DNA of 37,082 bases from Pseudothermotoga sp. (GCA_046294065.1 JBKBIU010000001.1:1-37082), one strand, 5' to 3'; positions 18,700-28,075 are shown, counted from the stretch's first letter. Made by a program: numbers and translations. Notes: generated from the sequence alone by a model not told the origin.

Positions 18700-18873
18700 G
18701 TCTACAATAGTGAACGTGTTTTGTTTATGAATCAGTACGCATCGATAAACTTGCATCTATCAATCTTTGAGCATCTATTGTAAATAAATCTTAAAGAAAT
18801 CTTAGTATTTTTTCTCCCATTACATGCATATAATGACAACGTAAGTTGACTGAAAGCGAACAATATACTGGAC
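18700..18873. promoter_or_regulatory. Divergent promoter region with candidate operator half-sites and a TATAAT -10 (18829-18834)
   Basis: AT-rich ~300 bp intergenic region; imperfect 16-bp palindromes at 18700-18715 and 18858-18873; GCATCKAT direct repeats at 18739, 18753 and 18771. Confidence 0.4.
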
Positions 18874-18918
18874 AAACGTTCTACTGTTGGCTTGTTAAGA
18901 GAGTTTGAGGTGTTTTTG

Positions 18919-19449
18919 ATGGATATAGGTGAAAAGGTGAAAAGACTAAGAATGTCTCGTGGGTTGACACAAGAAGAATTGGCAATGCGTACAGACCTCT
19001 CAAGAAGTTTTATATCACAACTTGAGAGCAACAAAACATCCTTGTCCATAGATACATTAGAGAAGATATTACGCGCCTTAGGTACCGATCTAAAGGCATT
19101 CTTTTCTGAGGAAGAAAGCAAAGTCATTTTCAGAAAGGAAGACAGGATCCCAGTTTACGACGAACCTGAAGGAGTCTCTTCACAACTCTTAATGAGCGAT
19201 GTCGAGACAAAGAAGATAGATCCAATCTTGGTAACGCTTAAACCAGGTGCTCAGACAGAAGAAGAGGACTATCATGAGGGCGATGAGTTTGGTTATGTCT
19301 TGCAAGGCAAGGTAGACTTGTGGCTTGATGATGTTAGGTACAAGCTGTCGCAGGGTGATTGTTTTTACTACCGAGCTGACAAGAAACACTTTTTGAAAAA
19401 CCCAAGTAAGAAGAAAGATGCAATAGTTCTGTGGATAGAAATCGATTGA
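18919..19449 (+). CDS. XRE-family HTH + cupin transcriptional regulator (PuuR-like)
   Basis: [31 protein letters not shown]; cupin [17 protein letters not shown]...H; ATG 18919 behind GAGGTG. Confidence 0.9.
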   Translation: MDIGEKVKRLRMSRGLTQEELAMRTDLSRSFISQLESNKTSLSIDTLEKILRALGTDLKAFFSEEESKVIFRKEDRIPVYDEPEGVSSQLLMSDVETKKIDPILVTLKPGAQTEEEDYHEGDEFGYVLQGKVDLWLDDVRYKLSQGDCFYYRADKKHFLKNPSKKKDAIVLWIEID

Positions 19450-19465
19450 TGGGGAGGGATTGGCA

Positions 19466-19879
19466 ATGAAGAGAAGCTTGGGAAGACATCTGATTGCGGA
19501 GTTTTACGACTGTGATCAAAAGGCACTTGATGATGTGGCATTCGTTGAACAAAAGATGAAGGATGCCGCTATTATTGCTGGTGCAACGATAATTGGTAGC
19601 TCGTTCCATAGGTTCCTCCCCTACGGGGTGAGCGGCGTAGTTGTGATCTCTGAATCACACTTGACAATTCACACGTGGCCCGAATACGGCTATGCTGCAA
19701 TTGATTTATTCACATGCGGTGAAGATACAAATCCATGGAAGGCTTTTGATTACTTGAAAAAAGTATTCGATGCAAAAAGAACACAGGTCTTTGAGCATAC
19801 ACGTGGTGACTACAGAGCAATAGGTATACCAGCAACTGCTCCACATAAGGCAGTGAAAGGAGGAGTCTACAGTGTCTGA
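19466..19879 (+). CDS. speD: S-adenosylmethionine decarboxylase proenzyme (class 1B, SpeH-type)
   Basis: [25 protein letters not shown] (E/S autocleavage site), DLFTCG. Confidence 0.96.
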   Translation: MKRSLGRHLIAEFYDCDQKALDDVAFVEQKMKDAAIIAGATIIGSSFHRFLPYGVSGVVVISESHLTIHTWPEYGYAAIDLFTCGEDTNPWKAFDYLKKVFDAKRTQVFEHTRGDYRAIGIPATAPHKAVKGGVYSV

Positions 19880-20735
19880 AAAAGTCATACCAGGAAAGCA
19901 TTTATGGTTTTTTGATTACTTTTCTGGTGGAGATGTAGGTCTGGTGATGAGAATAACCCGAATGGTTCATTCTGAGCAAACCCAATATCAAAGAATAGAT
20001 ATCTTTGACAACCCTACTTTGGGTAGAGTATTTGCATTAGATGGAATCACAATGACAACAGATGCTGATGAATTCATGTACCACGAAATGCTCGCACATG
20101 TTGCCTTGTTTTCACATCCAGATCCAAGATCTGTTTTGATTGTTGGCGGCGGTGACGGTGGAACCTTGCGTGAAGTATTGAGACATCCACAGGTTGAGAA
20201 AGCAGTTCTTTGTGAGATCGACAAACGAGTAGTTGAACTGTCAAAGCAGTATTTAAAAACAGGAGTCGCCTTTGAAAGTGACAAAGTGGAATTGATCTTT
20301 GAAAACGGCGCAGAATATATCAAAGGCCTTCGAAATGAGTTTGATGTCATAATAATTGATTCAACGGATCCAACTGCTGGCGAAGGTGGACATCTTTTCA
20401 CACAGGATTTTTACAAATCATGCTATGAGGCACTAAAAGATGGCGGTGTTATGACAGCGGAAGCCGAGAATCCGTTGTACGATTTTGGATGGCTCAAAAT
20501 CGCATATAAAAGAGTCCGCGTTGCTTTTCCAGTTGTACATGTATATCAAGGCTTCATGCCAACATATCCTTCAGGGTATTGGCTATACATTTTTGCATCG
20601 AAAGGTAGAGATCCTTTGAAGGATATCCGAGTTGAAGACGCACAAAAGATGTCCAGAGAGCTCAAGTATTACAATGAAGAAATTCACAAAGCAGCCTTCG
20701 TGCTTCCAAATTTCATCAAACGTGAACTCAGTTGA
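19872..20735 (+). CDS. speE: Spermidine synthase / polyamine aminopropyltransferase
   Basis: [41 protein letters not shown]. Confidence 0.96.
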   Translation: MSEKVIPGKHLWFFDYFSGGDVGLVMRITRMVHSEQTQYQRIDIFDNPTLGRVFALDGITMTTDADEFMYHEMLAHVALFSHPDPRSVLIVGGGDGGTLREVLRHPQVEKAVLCEIDKRVVELSKQYLKTGVAFESDKVELIFENGAEYIKGLRNEFDVIIIDSTDPTAGEGGHLFTQDFYKSCYEALKDGGVMTAEAENPLYDFGWLKIAYKRVRVAFPVVHVYQGFMPTYPSGYWLYIFASKGRDPLKDIRVEDAQKMSRELKYYNEEIHKAAFVLPNFIKRELS

Positions 20736-21553
20736 TGAAAAATATGACTTTCACAGGCACAACTGAATGGCACTTGCTAACCGATTGTATAGAAGTTCTC
20801 GAAGAAGAACTCATTTCAAGGGATTTTTTCAATTATGCTGTTGAATATATGGCCAATGGCACGAGGGTGATTTTGTACACAGAAGACGAAGATTTTGTCA
20901 AGAATATAATAGAATTTACCAACAGCAAACTTCTTGAAAAGAAAATCTCTTGCGCAGACAATTGGTTCAAGTACATGAAACTTGAACCATTCCAGATAAC
21001 CGAAAAAATCTGGATAGATCCAAAAGGTAGTTTGGATGACAAAGATGTAATTGTTGTTAAGATGAGACCATCTGCAGCTTTCGGCACAGGGGATCATCCT
21101 ACAACAATTCTTGCAGCCAAATTTTTGGCTCAGTACTTAATGAGCAATCATAGTGTTCTAGATATTGGTTGTGGCACAGCCATACTTGCAATCATTGCAG
21201 CAAAACTTGGAGCTGAGAAGGTCACAGCCGTTGATAATGATCCTGTGGCTGTTGAGGTCGCCAAAGAATTTGTGAAGGAAAATCAAGTAGAAGTGGATGT
21301 GATACTGTCTGATCTTACAAATAATGTTGAAGGCAAGTATGATCTTGTGGTTGCAAATATATTGACACCAGTGATAATGCAGTTGATGAGGCAAATTCAC
21401 AAAGTGACTCACACTGGTTCCCTTTTGATTGTTTCAGGAATACCAACTAAGGATGAGTTAGTCATTAGAAAATGTTTTGAAAGTAAAAGTTTCGAGATAT
21501 TGTCTGAGGGTGAAATGCAAAATTGGAGAGCATTTGCTGTGAAGATTTGTTAG
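20735..21553 (+). CDS. prmA: 50S ribosomal protein L11 methyltransferase
   Basis: AFGTGDHPTT, LDIGCGTAILAI, DNDPVA, VVANIL, VSGI. Confidence 0.88.
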   Translation: MKNMTFTGTTEWHLLTDCIEVLEEELISRDFFNYAVEYMANGTRVILYTEDEDFVKNIIEFTNSKLLEKKISCADNWFKYMKLEPFQITEKIWIDPKGSLDDKDVIVVKMRPSAAFGTGDHPTTILAAKFLAQYLMSNHSVLDIGCGTAILAIIAAKLGAEKVTAVDNDPVAVEVAKEFVKENQVEVDVILSDLTNNVEGKYDLVVANILTPVIMQLMRQIHKVTHTGSLLIVSGIPTKDELVIRKCFESKSFEILSEGEMQNWRAFAVKIC

Positions 21554-22026
21554 CCATAAGAAAGCAAATAGGTCGTTCCCCAAAGGGAATCAACCGAGTT
21601 GTAAGAAGATGTAAACATGGTTATCCAGTATTAATTGAGAGCCATCCAGTGATTGATGGAAAACCTTTCCCAACTCTATATTGGATGACTTGCCCTTTTT
21701 TGGTTAAAGCCGTTTCACGTTTAGAGGCACTCGGATGGATTTCTAACCTTGAAGAACTGATTGCGAAGGATTCTGTTTTCAGAGAGAGATATTTAAAGGC
21801 TCATAAAGAAATTCAGGACCGAAGAGCAAAATTAACTAACGACGAGAACATAAGAGCAATATTGAGCAAGGTTGGGAGCGGTGGAATCAGAGACCTGAGA
21901 AGAGTAAAGTGTTTGCATTTGCATCTGTCAGATTTTCTCGCGGGCACCGATAATCCTGTAGGTGAGATTGTATTCAAAGCAATTGGTATTATTGAATGTG
22001 AACAGAATAAGGTGATTTGCAAGTGA
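21523..22026 (+). CDS. DUF501-family protein
   Basis: QIGR, RC..G.P, KPFPTLYWMTCP, SRLE, GG....VKCLH.H, NPVG motifs recalled as typical of DUF501. Confidence 0.8.
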   Translation: MESICCEDLLAIRKQIGRSPKGINRVVRRCKHGYPVLIESHPVIDGKPFPTLYWMTCPFLVKAVSRLEALGWISNLEELIAKDSVFRERYLKAHKEIQDRRAKLTNDENIRAILSKVGSGGIRDLRRVKCLHLHLSDFLAGTDNPVGEIVFKAIGIIECEQNKVICK

Positions 22027-22052
22027 ACTTTTAAGAGTTTCTCCATGTCAAA
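22025..22052 (+). promoter_or_regulatory. ECF (sigmaE-type) promoter upstream of the ECF sigma gene
   Basis: GAACTT (22025-22030), 16-nt spacer, GTCAAA (22047-22052), matching the RpoE-type consensus; 14 nt before ATG 22067. Confidence 0.7.
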
Positions 22053-22066
22053 ATAGGAGGAAAAAG

Positions 22067-22621
22067 ATGCAAGACGAAGAACTCCTCAGAGGACTTAGAC
22101 GTGGTGAAGATTGGGCGTACAGATGGCTCTATGAGGAATTCGCTGGTAAAATAGGAAGTGTTGCTAAAGCTTATCTTGGAGCGGATGATGTTGACGATGT
22201 GGTTCAGGAAGTCATGCTGAGGGTTTTCAAAGGTGTAAGAAAATTCAAAGGTGACTCTAAGTTATCTACTTGGGTTTATAGAATAGCAATAAATGTCTGC
22301 AAAGACTATCTATCAAAATATAGAAGAAGAAATGAAGTACTAACAGATTTCACAGAGGATGAGGAAGGTTCCATGCCTCATCCAGTCTCAGAATCTGATA
22401 CGAGTTTACAGGCAACAGGAGAAATAGCCTACGAAAAGATTATGGATGCCATAGAGAGATTATCAGCAGACGATAGATTGTTGATAAAATTGAGAGATGT
22501 AGATGGATTAAGTTATGAAGAGATAAGCCAAATAGTCGACAAACCGGTCGGGAGTGTTAAGAGTAGCCTTCACTATGCAAGAAAGAGACTCAAGAAGTTG
22601 CTTGAGGAGGCGGACGAATGA
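22067..22621 (+). CDS. rpoE: ECF RNA polymerase sigma factor (RpoE/SigW-like)
   Basis: DVDDVVQEV, FKGDSKLSTWVYRIAIN (region 2), GLSYEEISQI..PVGSVKSSLHYAR (region 4); AGGAGG SD. Confidence 0.9.
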   Translation: MQDEELLRGLRRGEDWAYRWLYEEFAGKIGSVAKAYLGADDVDDVVQEVMLRVFKGVRKFKGDSKLSTWVYRIAINVCKDYLSKYRRRNEVLTDFTEDEEGSMPHPVSESDTSLQATGEIAYEKIMDAIERLSADDRLLIKLRDVDGLSYEEISQIVDKPVGSVKSSLHYARKRLKKLLEEADE

Positions 22622-22971
22622 ACGACGAGGATTTCCAGAGATTCCTCGATGGAGAACTGACGAAAGAAGAACTGGATGAAAAGACAAAACAAGATGTGAA
22701 AATCTACAACAGCATGATGCAGGTGATCAAAGTACGCTACCATTACAAACCCAGTCCTGTTCTTGAAAAACGTGTGATGTCCAAGATCCACAAAGGAAGG
22801 GAGTTGTTCTCGGAAATACTAATAGCCGCATCCGTTGTGACCGCACTATTTTTCATAACACTCAATCTTTTACCAACCAAGATCCCCGTCACAACAAGAA
22901 GTCAACAAGCCTCGGTGAGTGAAGTCTTTGATTACCTCAGCTTGGTTAAGCTGGTTGGGGATGGTTTCTGA
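22618..22971 (+). CDS. Putative membrane-anchored anti-sigma factor
   Basis: ATGA overlap with sigma gene; N-terminal FLDGEL motif, single TM helix (ILIAASVVTALFFITL). Confidence 0.65.
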   Translation: MNDEDFQRFLDGELTKEELDEKTKQDVKIYNSMMQVIKVRYHYKPSPVLEKRVMSKIHKGRELFSEILIAASVVTALFFITLNLLPTKIPVTTRSQQASVSEVFDYLSLVKLVGDGF

Positions 22972-22986
22972 GCAACCTTAGGAGCG

Positions 22987-23808
22987 ATGGCTGGAATGAA
23001 AAGAACACTGATATTAACTTGTATCGCTGTATGTACTGTAGCTGTGTTTTGTCAGTCCTTTATAGATCTTTTTCTGACTAACTCATATTTCGGAAGACGA
23101 GTTGTTACAGAACGTGGTGCTAATAACAAAAGCAGGATCGAGTTGGTTTACAGATGGCCTGATGATAAGATTGTCCAGGTTTTATCACCGTTGATTCTGA
23201 TTTGGGCAAAGCACTCTGGTTCATTCATTATGGGCGAACCAAATAACTTTCGTGTATCACCCCTTGAAATCCTTGATCTGGAGGATCTCTTTATAAGACA
23301 GTTAAAGCAAGTTGGTATCTCAAAAACAGAAAGAATCGATGGAAAATATAAGGTTATTGTGGATTCATCTTCGGGTTTTTTCACGGCGATAATAAACGAC
23401 AAAGGATACCCCGAAAAGATCACTCGCATCTTCCAAGGTGTGACAACGGAGCTAGTCTATGAAGAAGTACAACCTTTGACGCAGAAGTTTGACGAAATTG
23501 CTAACAAATACAACATTCGTCCAAGTGAAGCAACTATTAGTTTTCCAAGTGAAATTAAGGAGATTCTGCAAACTGTTTCTTGGTACACAGTATCACGTTT
23601 GAAGATCGGCGAAGAACAAGTCATCTTGATCATGGCAAACCACAAATCAGGTTCTATCCTCAAGGTGGTCTACGCTTCAAAAGAAGTTAATGTGAACATG
23701 GAACAAAATGAAAAAATGATTCAGTGTACTGGTCAAGGCTATCACATATATGTCATCACCCAAGACGATAACGTTTTGAAACAAATCAAGCAGTTACTGG
23801 AAAAGTAG
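22987..23808 (+). CDS. Exported hypothetical protein, possibly an RseB/MucB- or LolA-fold sigma regulator
   Basis: Signal peptide (MKRTLILTCIAVCTVAVFC); third gene of a sigma/anti-sigma cluster; fold assignment is inferred from position only. Confidence 0.55.
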   Translation: MAGMKRTLILTCIAVCTVAVFCQSFIDLFLTNSYFGRRVVTERGANNKSRIELVYRWPDDKIVQVLSPLILIWAKHSGSFIMGEPNNFRVSPLEILDLEDLFIRQLKQVGISKTERIDGKYKVIVDSSSGFFTAIINDKGYPEKITRIFQGVTTELVYEEVQPLTQKFDEIANKYNIRPSEATISFPSEIKEILQTVSWYTVSRLKIGEEQVILIMANHKSGSILKVVYASKEVNVNMEQNEKMIQCTGQGYHIYVITQDDNVLKQIKQLLEK

Positions 23809-23811
23809 ATC

Positions 23812-25458
23812 ATGAAAGCACTGATCCTCGACGGGTATGTAGACGAACCGGCCGTTCTTGGAATACCCCCTTATGTTAGCCACTATGTTCGCTATGCTGC
23901 AGGAATTCTTGCAATGAAAAATTATGACGTGAGTTATCGCACGATAGACCAGATTCGAAGCGATAAATCATGGGGTGATTTACCCTTTTTTGACCTTGTT
24001 TTGATCATAGGAGGAGTAGCTGTTCCAGGGAAATATGTGGGCGGTGAACCCATGTCCCACAGTGAACTCGAAAAGGTGTTACAGGCTTGCAAGAAAAGTA
24101 TTAGATTGGTTGCCGGTCCTTTTTCATCCTTTCAAGCACGTAAAGGTGGAACAAAAGCAATTAAATCTGACCTTGATGTAGATTATCTACTCAGTCCTGA
24201 TATAGCTGTCGATCTGTATAACTATCTTTTTGGATCAAAGAGGAATCCCAACGATTGGGAAATTGTAAGAAATGCATCTTTATTTGGAGCCTCCATAATC
24301 AAGCAGCACCCAAGATATCCGAATGTCATATGTGAAATAGAACTCTCACGCGGTTGTGAAAGGAGAACTCACTGTAGTTTCTGTGTGGAATCTGTCTTTT
24401 ACCCAAGGTTTACCTCTCGACCCGTGAGCGATGTAATAGACGAGGTCAGTGAACTTTACAGTCATGGCTGCAGAGCTTTCAGGTTTGGAAGGTCTGCAAA
24501 CGTTTTGGCATACTATTCTGACATCTACGGGAAACCGTGCCCTGAGGTTTTCAAGGATCTTTATGAAACGATTTGGCAAAGATGTCCTCAAATCGATGTG
24601 CTTCATCACGATAATGCCAATCCTGCCTTTATAGCAAATTATGAAAGAGAATGCTCACAGATTCTGGAGACGATTGTCAAATGGGATACACCGGGTGATG
24701 TTTTGTCCTTTGGTGTCGAAAGCTTCGATCTAAGAGTGATCAAGATGAATAATATAATGAATTTTCCCCATCAAGTCCTTAAAGCTATCGAGATAGTCAA
24801 CCATGTAGGTCTAGTAAGAATCGATGGTGTACCTAAGCTGCTTCCAGGCATCAACTTACTCTATGGCTTGATTGGTGAAACTAAGCAAACCTACGAAGAG
24901 AATTTCAAGTGGTTAAAATCAATATTAGACAGAGACCTTTTATTGAGAAGAATTAATGTCAGACAAGTGATAATCGAACCTGGCACACCTCTTTATAGAT
25001 TCTCACAGATGAAAAAATTGAAATTGAACAAAGAGATCTTCAATTTATACAAACAAAAAATCAGAGAACAAATAGACTTACCAATGATTCAAAAGGTTTT
25101 TCCAGTTGGATGCATCCTACGAAAGGTATACCCAGAGTACAAAGAAGGAAAAATAACTTTTGCAAGACAACTTGGAAGCTATCCCGTCTTGGTCGGTGTG
25201 GTTGGAGAAATGTTGAGCACTTCCGATGTCGTAGTAGTTGATCATGGTCCAAGGTCGATTACAGCGCTTCGATATCCATTGAATGTGAACACCGCTTCAT
25301 TTGACGAACTTGTTCACATACCAACGATCGGTGAGAAACGCGCAAGAAAGATTTTGCTTGCAAGGCCCTTTAAGTCTTTCGAAGAAGTGATACAAACCTT
25401 AGAGAACGATCAAGAGTGTTCACGAGCACTTAGACAAATCGGTGCTGTGGTATCATGA
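23812..25458 (+). CDS. Radical SAM protein with C-terminal helix-hairpin-helix (COG1031-like)
   Basis: EIELSRGCERRTHCSFC Cys motif, SFGVESFD, LLPGINLLYGLIGET; C-terminal LNVNTASFDELVHIPTIGEKRARKI HhH. Confidence 0.85.
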   Translation: MKALILDGYVDEPAVLGIPPYVSHYVRYAAGILAMKNYDVSYRTIDQIRSDKSWGDLPFFDLVLIIGGVAVPGKYVGGEPMSHSELEKVLQACKKSIRLVAGPFSSFQARKGGTKAIKSDLDVDYLLSPDIAVDLYNYLFGSKRNPNDWEIVRNASLFGASIIKQHPRYPNVICEIELSRGCERRTHCSFCVESVFYPRFTSRPVSDVIDEVSELYSHGCRAFRFGRSANVLAYYSDIYGKPCPEVFKDLYETIWQRCPQIDVLHHDNANPAFIANYERECSQILETIVKWDTPGDVLSFGVESFDLRVIKMNNIMNFPHQVLKAIEIVNHVGLVRIDGVPKLLPGINLLYGLIGETKQTYEENFKWLKSILDRDLLLRRINVRQVIIEPGTPLYRFSQMKKLKLNKEIFNLYKQKIREQIDLPMIQKVFPVGCILRKVYPEYKEGKITFARQLGSYPVLVGVVGEMLSTSDVVVVDHGPRSITALRYPLNVNTASFDELVHIPTIGEKRARKILLARPFKSFEEVIQTLENDQECSRALRQIGAVVS

Positions 25459-25478
25459 GATCAAGGGAGGGTTGAATT

Positions 25479-26765
25479 CTGAAATACGAACGTATCAAGG
25501 GAACAAACGATATTTATGGGCTAGAGATTCCTTACTGGTCTTTTGTTGAGCGTAAGGCTGCTCACGTTTCCAGGTTATTCGGCTATCAAGAGATAAGAAC
25601 ACCGATATTCGAATCAACCGAACTCTTTACGCGTAGTGTTGGAGAAGAAACCGATATAGTTCAAAAAGAAATGTATACCTTCGTTGACAAAGGTGGGAGG
25701 AGTCTAACGCTCAGACCAGAAGGAACAGCTCCAACTATAAGGGCTTTCATAGAAAACTCGATGATCAATGATGGTTTACCACAAAGATTTTACTATATTG
25801 GACCCATGTTCAGATATGAGAGACCTCAAGCTGGTAGACTCAGGCAGTTTCATCAATTTGGCGTAGAACTGATAGGATCGGCAGAACCATTTGCAGATGT
25901 GGAAGTTATACAGCTTGCGAATTCCTTTCTGAGTTCTCTTGGACTGAGTTCTTACAAAATATATTTAAACTCCATAGGTTGCCCGAAGTGCAGAACAGAG
26001 TACAAAAATGCATTGAAAGAATATTATTCTCAGCATTATGAAGAAATATGCGAAGACTGTAAAAGACGTTTTGAGTTAAACGTTTTGAGATTGTTGGATT
26101 GTAAAAAGGACGTCGAAATAGCCCAAAGAGCACCGAAAACCGTTGAATATTTGTGCAATGATTGTAAAGAGCACTACGAGAAATTAAAATCCATCTTGAG
26201 AAGTTTGAATATGCCCTTTGAAGAAGATGGGAACCTGGTAAGGGGTCTAGACTATTATACACGTACAGTTTTCGAGGTGAAGCACGATTTATTGGGAGCA
26301 CAGAGCGCGATACTTGCTGGTGGAAGATATGATGGTCTGTGCAAGGAACTGGGTGGTCCTGATCTACCTGCGTTAGGTTTTGCCGCAGGAATTGAGAGGC
26401 TCATTCTGGCCGTGAAGTCAGAACAATTGAAGATACCACAGGATTCGTACTGTGATATCTACGTTGCCCCGCTCGATGAACAGGCCGTTGTCAAAGCCTT
26501 AGAGATATCAGATTCTCTGAGAAAGTCTGGGTTATCAGTCATCATTGATGTTAACTTGCGACCAATTAAAATTCAGCTCAAACGCGCAAACAAGCTGAAT
26601 GCTGCTATCGCAGTCATAATAGGTGAGAATGAGCTTTCGAAGAAAGCTGTACAAGTTAAGAATTTGTTGGATCAAACTCAGTCCGAGGTTGAATTTGGAT
26701 ATGCAGTGGATTACATTTTGGATGTATTGAAAGCTATAAGAACGAGAAATTTCGAACACATCTGA
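25479..26765 (+). CDS. hisS: Histidine--tRNA ligase (apparent CTG start codon)
   Basis: Frame open from CTG 25479 (KYERIKGTND...EIRTPIFE...KEMYTF), LRPEGTA, FRYERPQAGRLRQFHQ, LVRGLDYY, AGGRYDGL; GGGAGG SD 8 nt upstream. Confidence 0.96.
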   Translation: MKYERIKGTNDIYGLEIPYWSFVERKAAHVSRLFGYQEIRTPIFESTELFTRSVGEETDIVQKEMYTFVDKGGRSLTLRPEGTAPTIRAFIENSMINDGLPQRFYYIGPMFRYERPQAGRLRQFHQFGVELIGSAEPFADVEVIQLANSFLSSLGLSSYKIYLNSIGCPKCRTEYKNALKEYYSQHYEEICEDCKRRFELNVLRLLDCKKDVEIAQRAPKTVEYLCNDCKEHYEKLKSILRSLNMPFEEDGNLVRGLDYYTRTVFEVKHDLLGAQSAILAGGRYDGLCKELGGPDLPALGFAAGIERLILAVKSEQLKIPQDSYCDIYVAPLDEQAVVKALEISDSLRKSGLSVIIDVNLRPIKIQLKRANKLNAAIAVIIGENELSKKAVQVKNLLDQTQSEVEFGYAVDYILDVLKAIRTRNFEHI

Positions 26766-26799
26766 AGGGGCGTACTAATTGGTACGCCCACTTTTATTT
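26765..26799 (+). terminator. Intrinsic terminator between convergent hisS and glyA
   Basis: GGGCGTAC-TAATTG-GTACGCCC hairpin (26768-26789) followed by ACTTTTATTT. Confidence 0.8.
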
Positions 26800-28072
26800 A
26801 AAATGAGATTTTGTCTGCATACAGAGGAAAACGTTCACATAGACTTCTAACAGCACCGTAAACCTCTCTTTGGACGGAATCTGGCAGTGTACCTTCTTCG
26901 TCAGTTATATTCTTGAGAACTTTGAGAATCAGTTCTGCTATTTGTTTCATCTCCTGCTCTTTCATACCTCTGGTAGTGACAGCAGGTGTACCAATTCTGA
27001 TGCCGCTTGCCACAAAAGGTGAACGTGTTTCGTTGGGGATAGTATTCTTGTTCACTGTGATACCACATACCTCGAGTGCCTTCTCTGCAGCTTTTCCCGT
27101 CACATTCAAGGGCGTTAAATCTACAAGCATTAAATGCGTATCGGTTCCTCCAGACACAATTCTCAATCCCAAATGCGACAATTGTGCAGCCATTGTTTTT
27201 GCATTTTCCACGACCTGCTTTTGGTATTCCACAAAGGCGGAGGTCATTGCCTCTTTGAAACACACTGCTTTTGCTGCTATAACGTGCATCAGTGGTCCAC
27301 CTTGGGTGCCTGGAAAGACTGTCTTGTTTATCGCTTTATAGATTTCCTGATCATTTGTAAGGATCAAACCACCTCGGGGGCCCCTGAGCGTCTTGTGTGT
27401 TGTCGATGTAACTATGTGAGCATATTCGCAAGGATTTGGATAGATGCCTGCAGCGACCAAACCAGCAAAATGTGCCATATCGACTACAAGATATGCACCG
27501 ACCTCGTCAGCTATTTCGCGGAATTTTTTGAAATCTATTATCCTTGAATAGGCACTACCACCGGCTACTATGATCTTAGGTCTATGCTCAAGTGCCATCT
27601 TCCTGACCTGATCGTAATCTATTATTTCTGTCTTTGGATCTACACCATATTGAATCGTTCTAAACAATTTGCCAGAGAAATTCACGCCAGCACCGTGTGT
27701 GAGGTGTCCTCCGTGGGACAGACTCATTCCCATCAACAGATCGCCGGCTTCTGCTACAGAAAGGTAGGCAGCCATGTTTGCCTGTGAGCCAGAGTGTGGT
27801 TGAACATTGGCATATTGAACCTTAAAAAGTTGCTTTGCTCTTTCTCTGGCAAGCTCTTCAGCTCTGTCAACCCACTCGCAACCACCATAATAGCGTTTTG
27901 AAGGGTATCCCTCTGCGTATTTGTTTGTGAGAACACTTCCCATTGCTTCCATAACGGCAACAGAAGCAAAATTCTCAGATGCGATCAATTCTATGCCGTA
28001 TTCCTGACGTTTTAGTTCACCTAATACTACTTCGTAAATATCTGGATCGGTGACTTTCAAATGTTCCCACAC
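26798..28072 (-). CDS. glyA: Serine hydroxymethyltransferase
   Basis: [39 protein letters not shown] (PLP Lys), SGIRIGT. Confidence 0.98.
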   Translation of the reverse strand: MWEHLKVTDPDIYEVVLGELKRQEYGIELIASENFASVAVMEAMGSVLTNKYAEGYPSKRYYGGCEWVDRAEELARERAKQLFKVQYANVQPHSGSQANMAAYLSVAEAGDLLMGMSLSHGGHLTHGAGVNFSGKLFRTIQYGVDPKTEIIDYDQVRKMALEHRPKIIVAGGSAYSRIIDFKKFREIADEVGAYLVVDMAHFAGLVAAGIYPNPCEYAHIVTSTTHKTLRGPRGGLILTNDQEIYKAINKTVFPGTQGGPLMHVIAAKAVCFKEAMTSAFVEYQKQVVENAKTMAAQLSHLGLRIVSGGTDTHLMLVDLTPLNVTGKAAEKALEVCGITVNKNTIPNETRSPFVASGIRIGTPAVTTRGMKEQEMKQIAELILKVLKNITDEEGTLPDSVQREVYGAVRSLCERFPLYADKISF

Positions 28073-28075
28073 TGT

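Noticed and set aside
18846-18869. TTGACT...TATACT as a sigma70 promoter
   Set aside because: Spacer is only 12 nt
18732-19127. 131-aa minus-strand ORF reaching into the intergenic region
   Set aside because: Mostly the antisense shadow of the XRE gene; no motifs or clear SD
25472-25549. Short TTG-initiated ORF or frameshift as the explanation for the hisS start
   Set aside because: TTG 25472 is 1 nt from the SD, out of frame, and stops after 25 codons; no slippery site is needed if CTG is used
26901-27547. Several 120-142 aa ORFs overlapping glyA (and similar shadows on gatB, speE, infB and others)
   Set aside because: Antisense or alternative-frame shadows of conserved genes with no recognisable protein features
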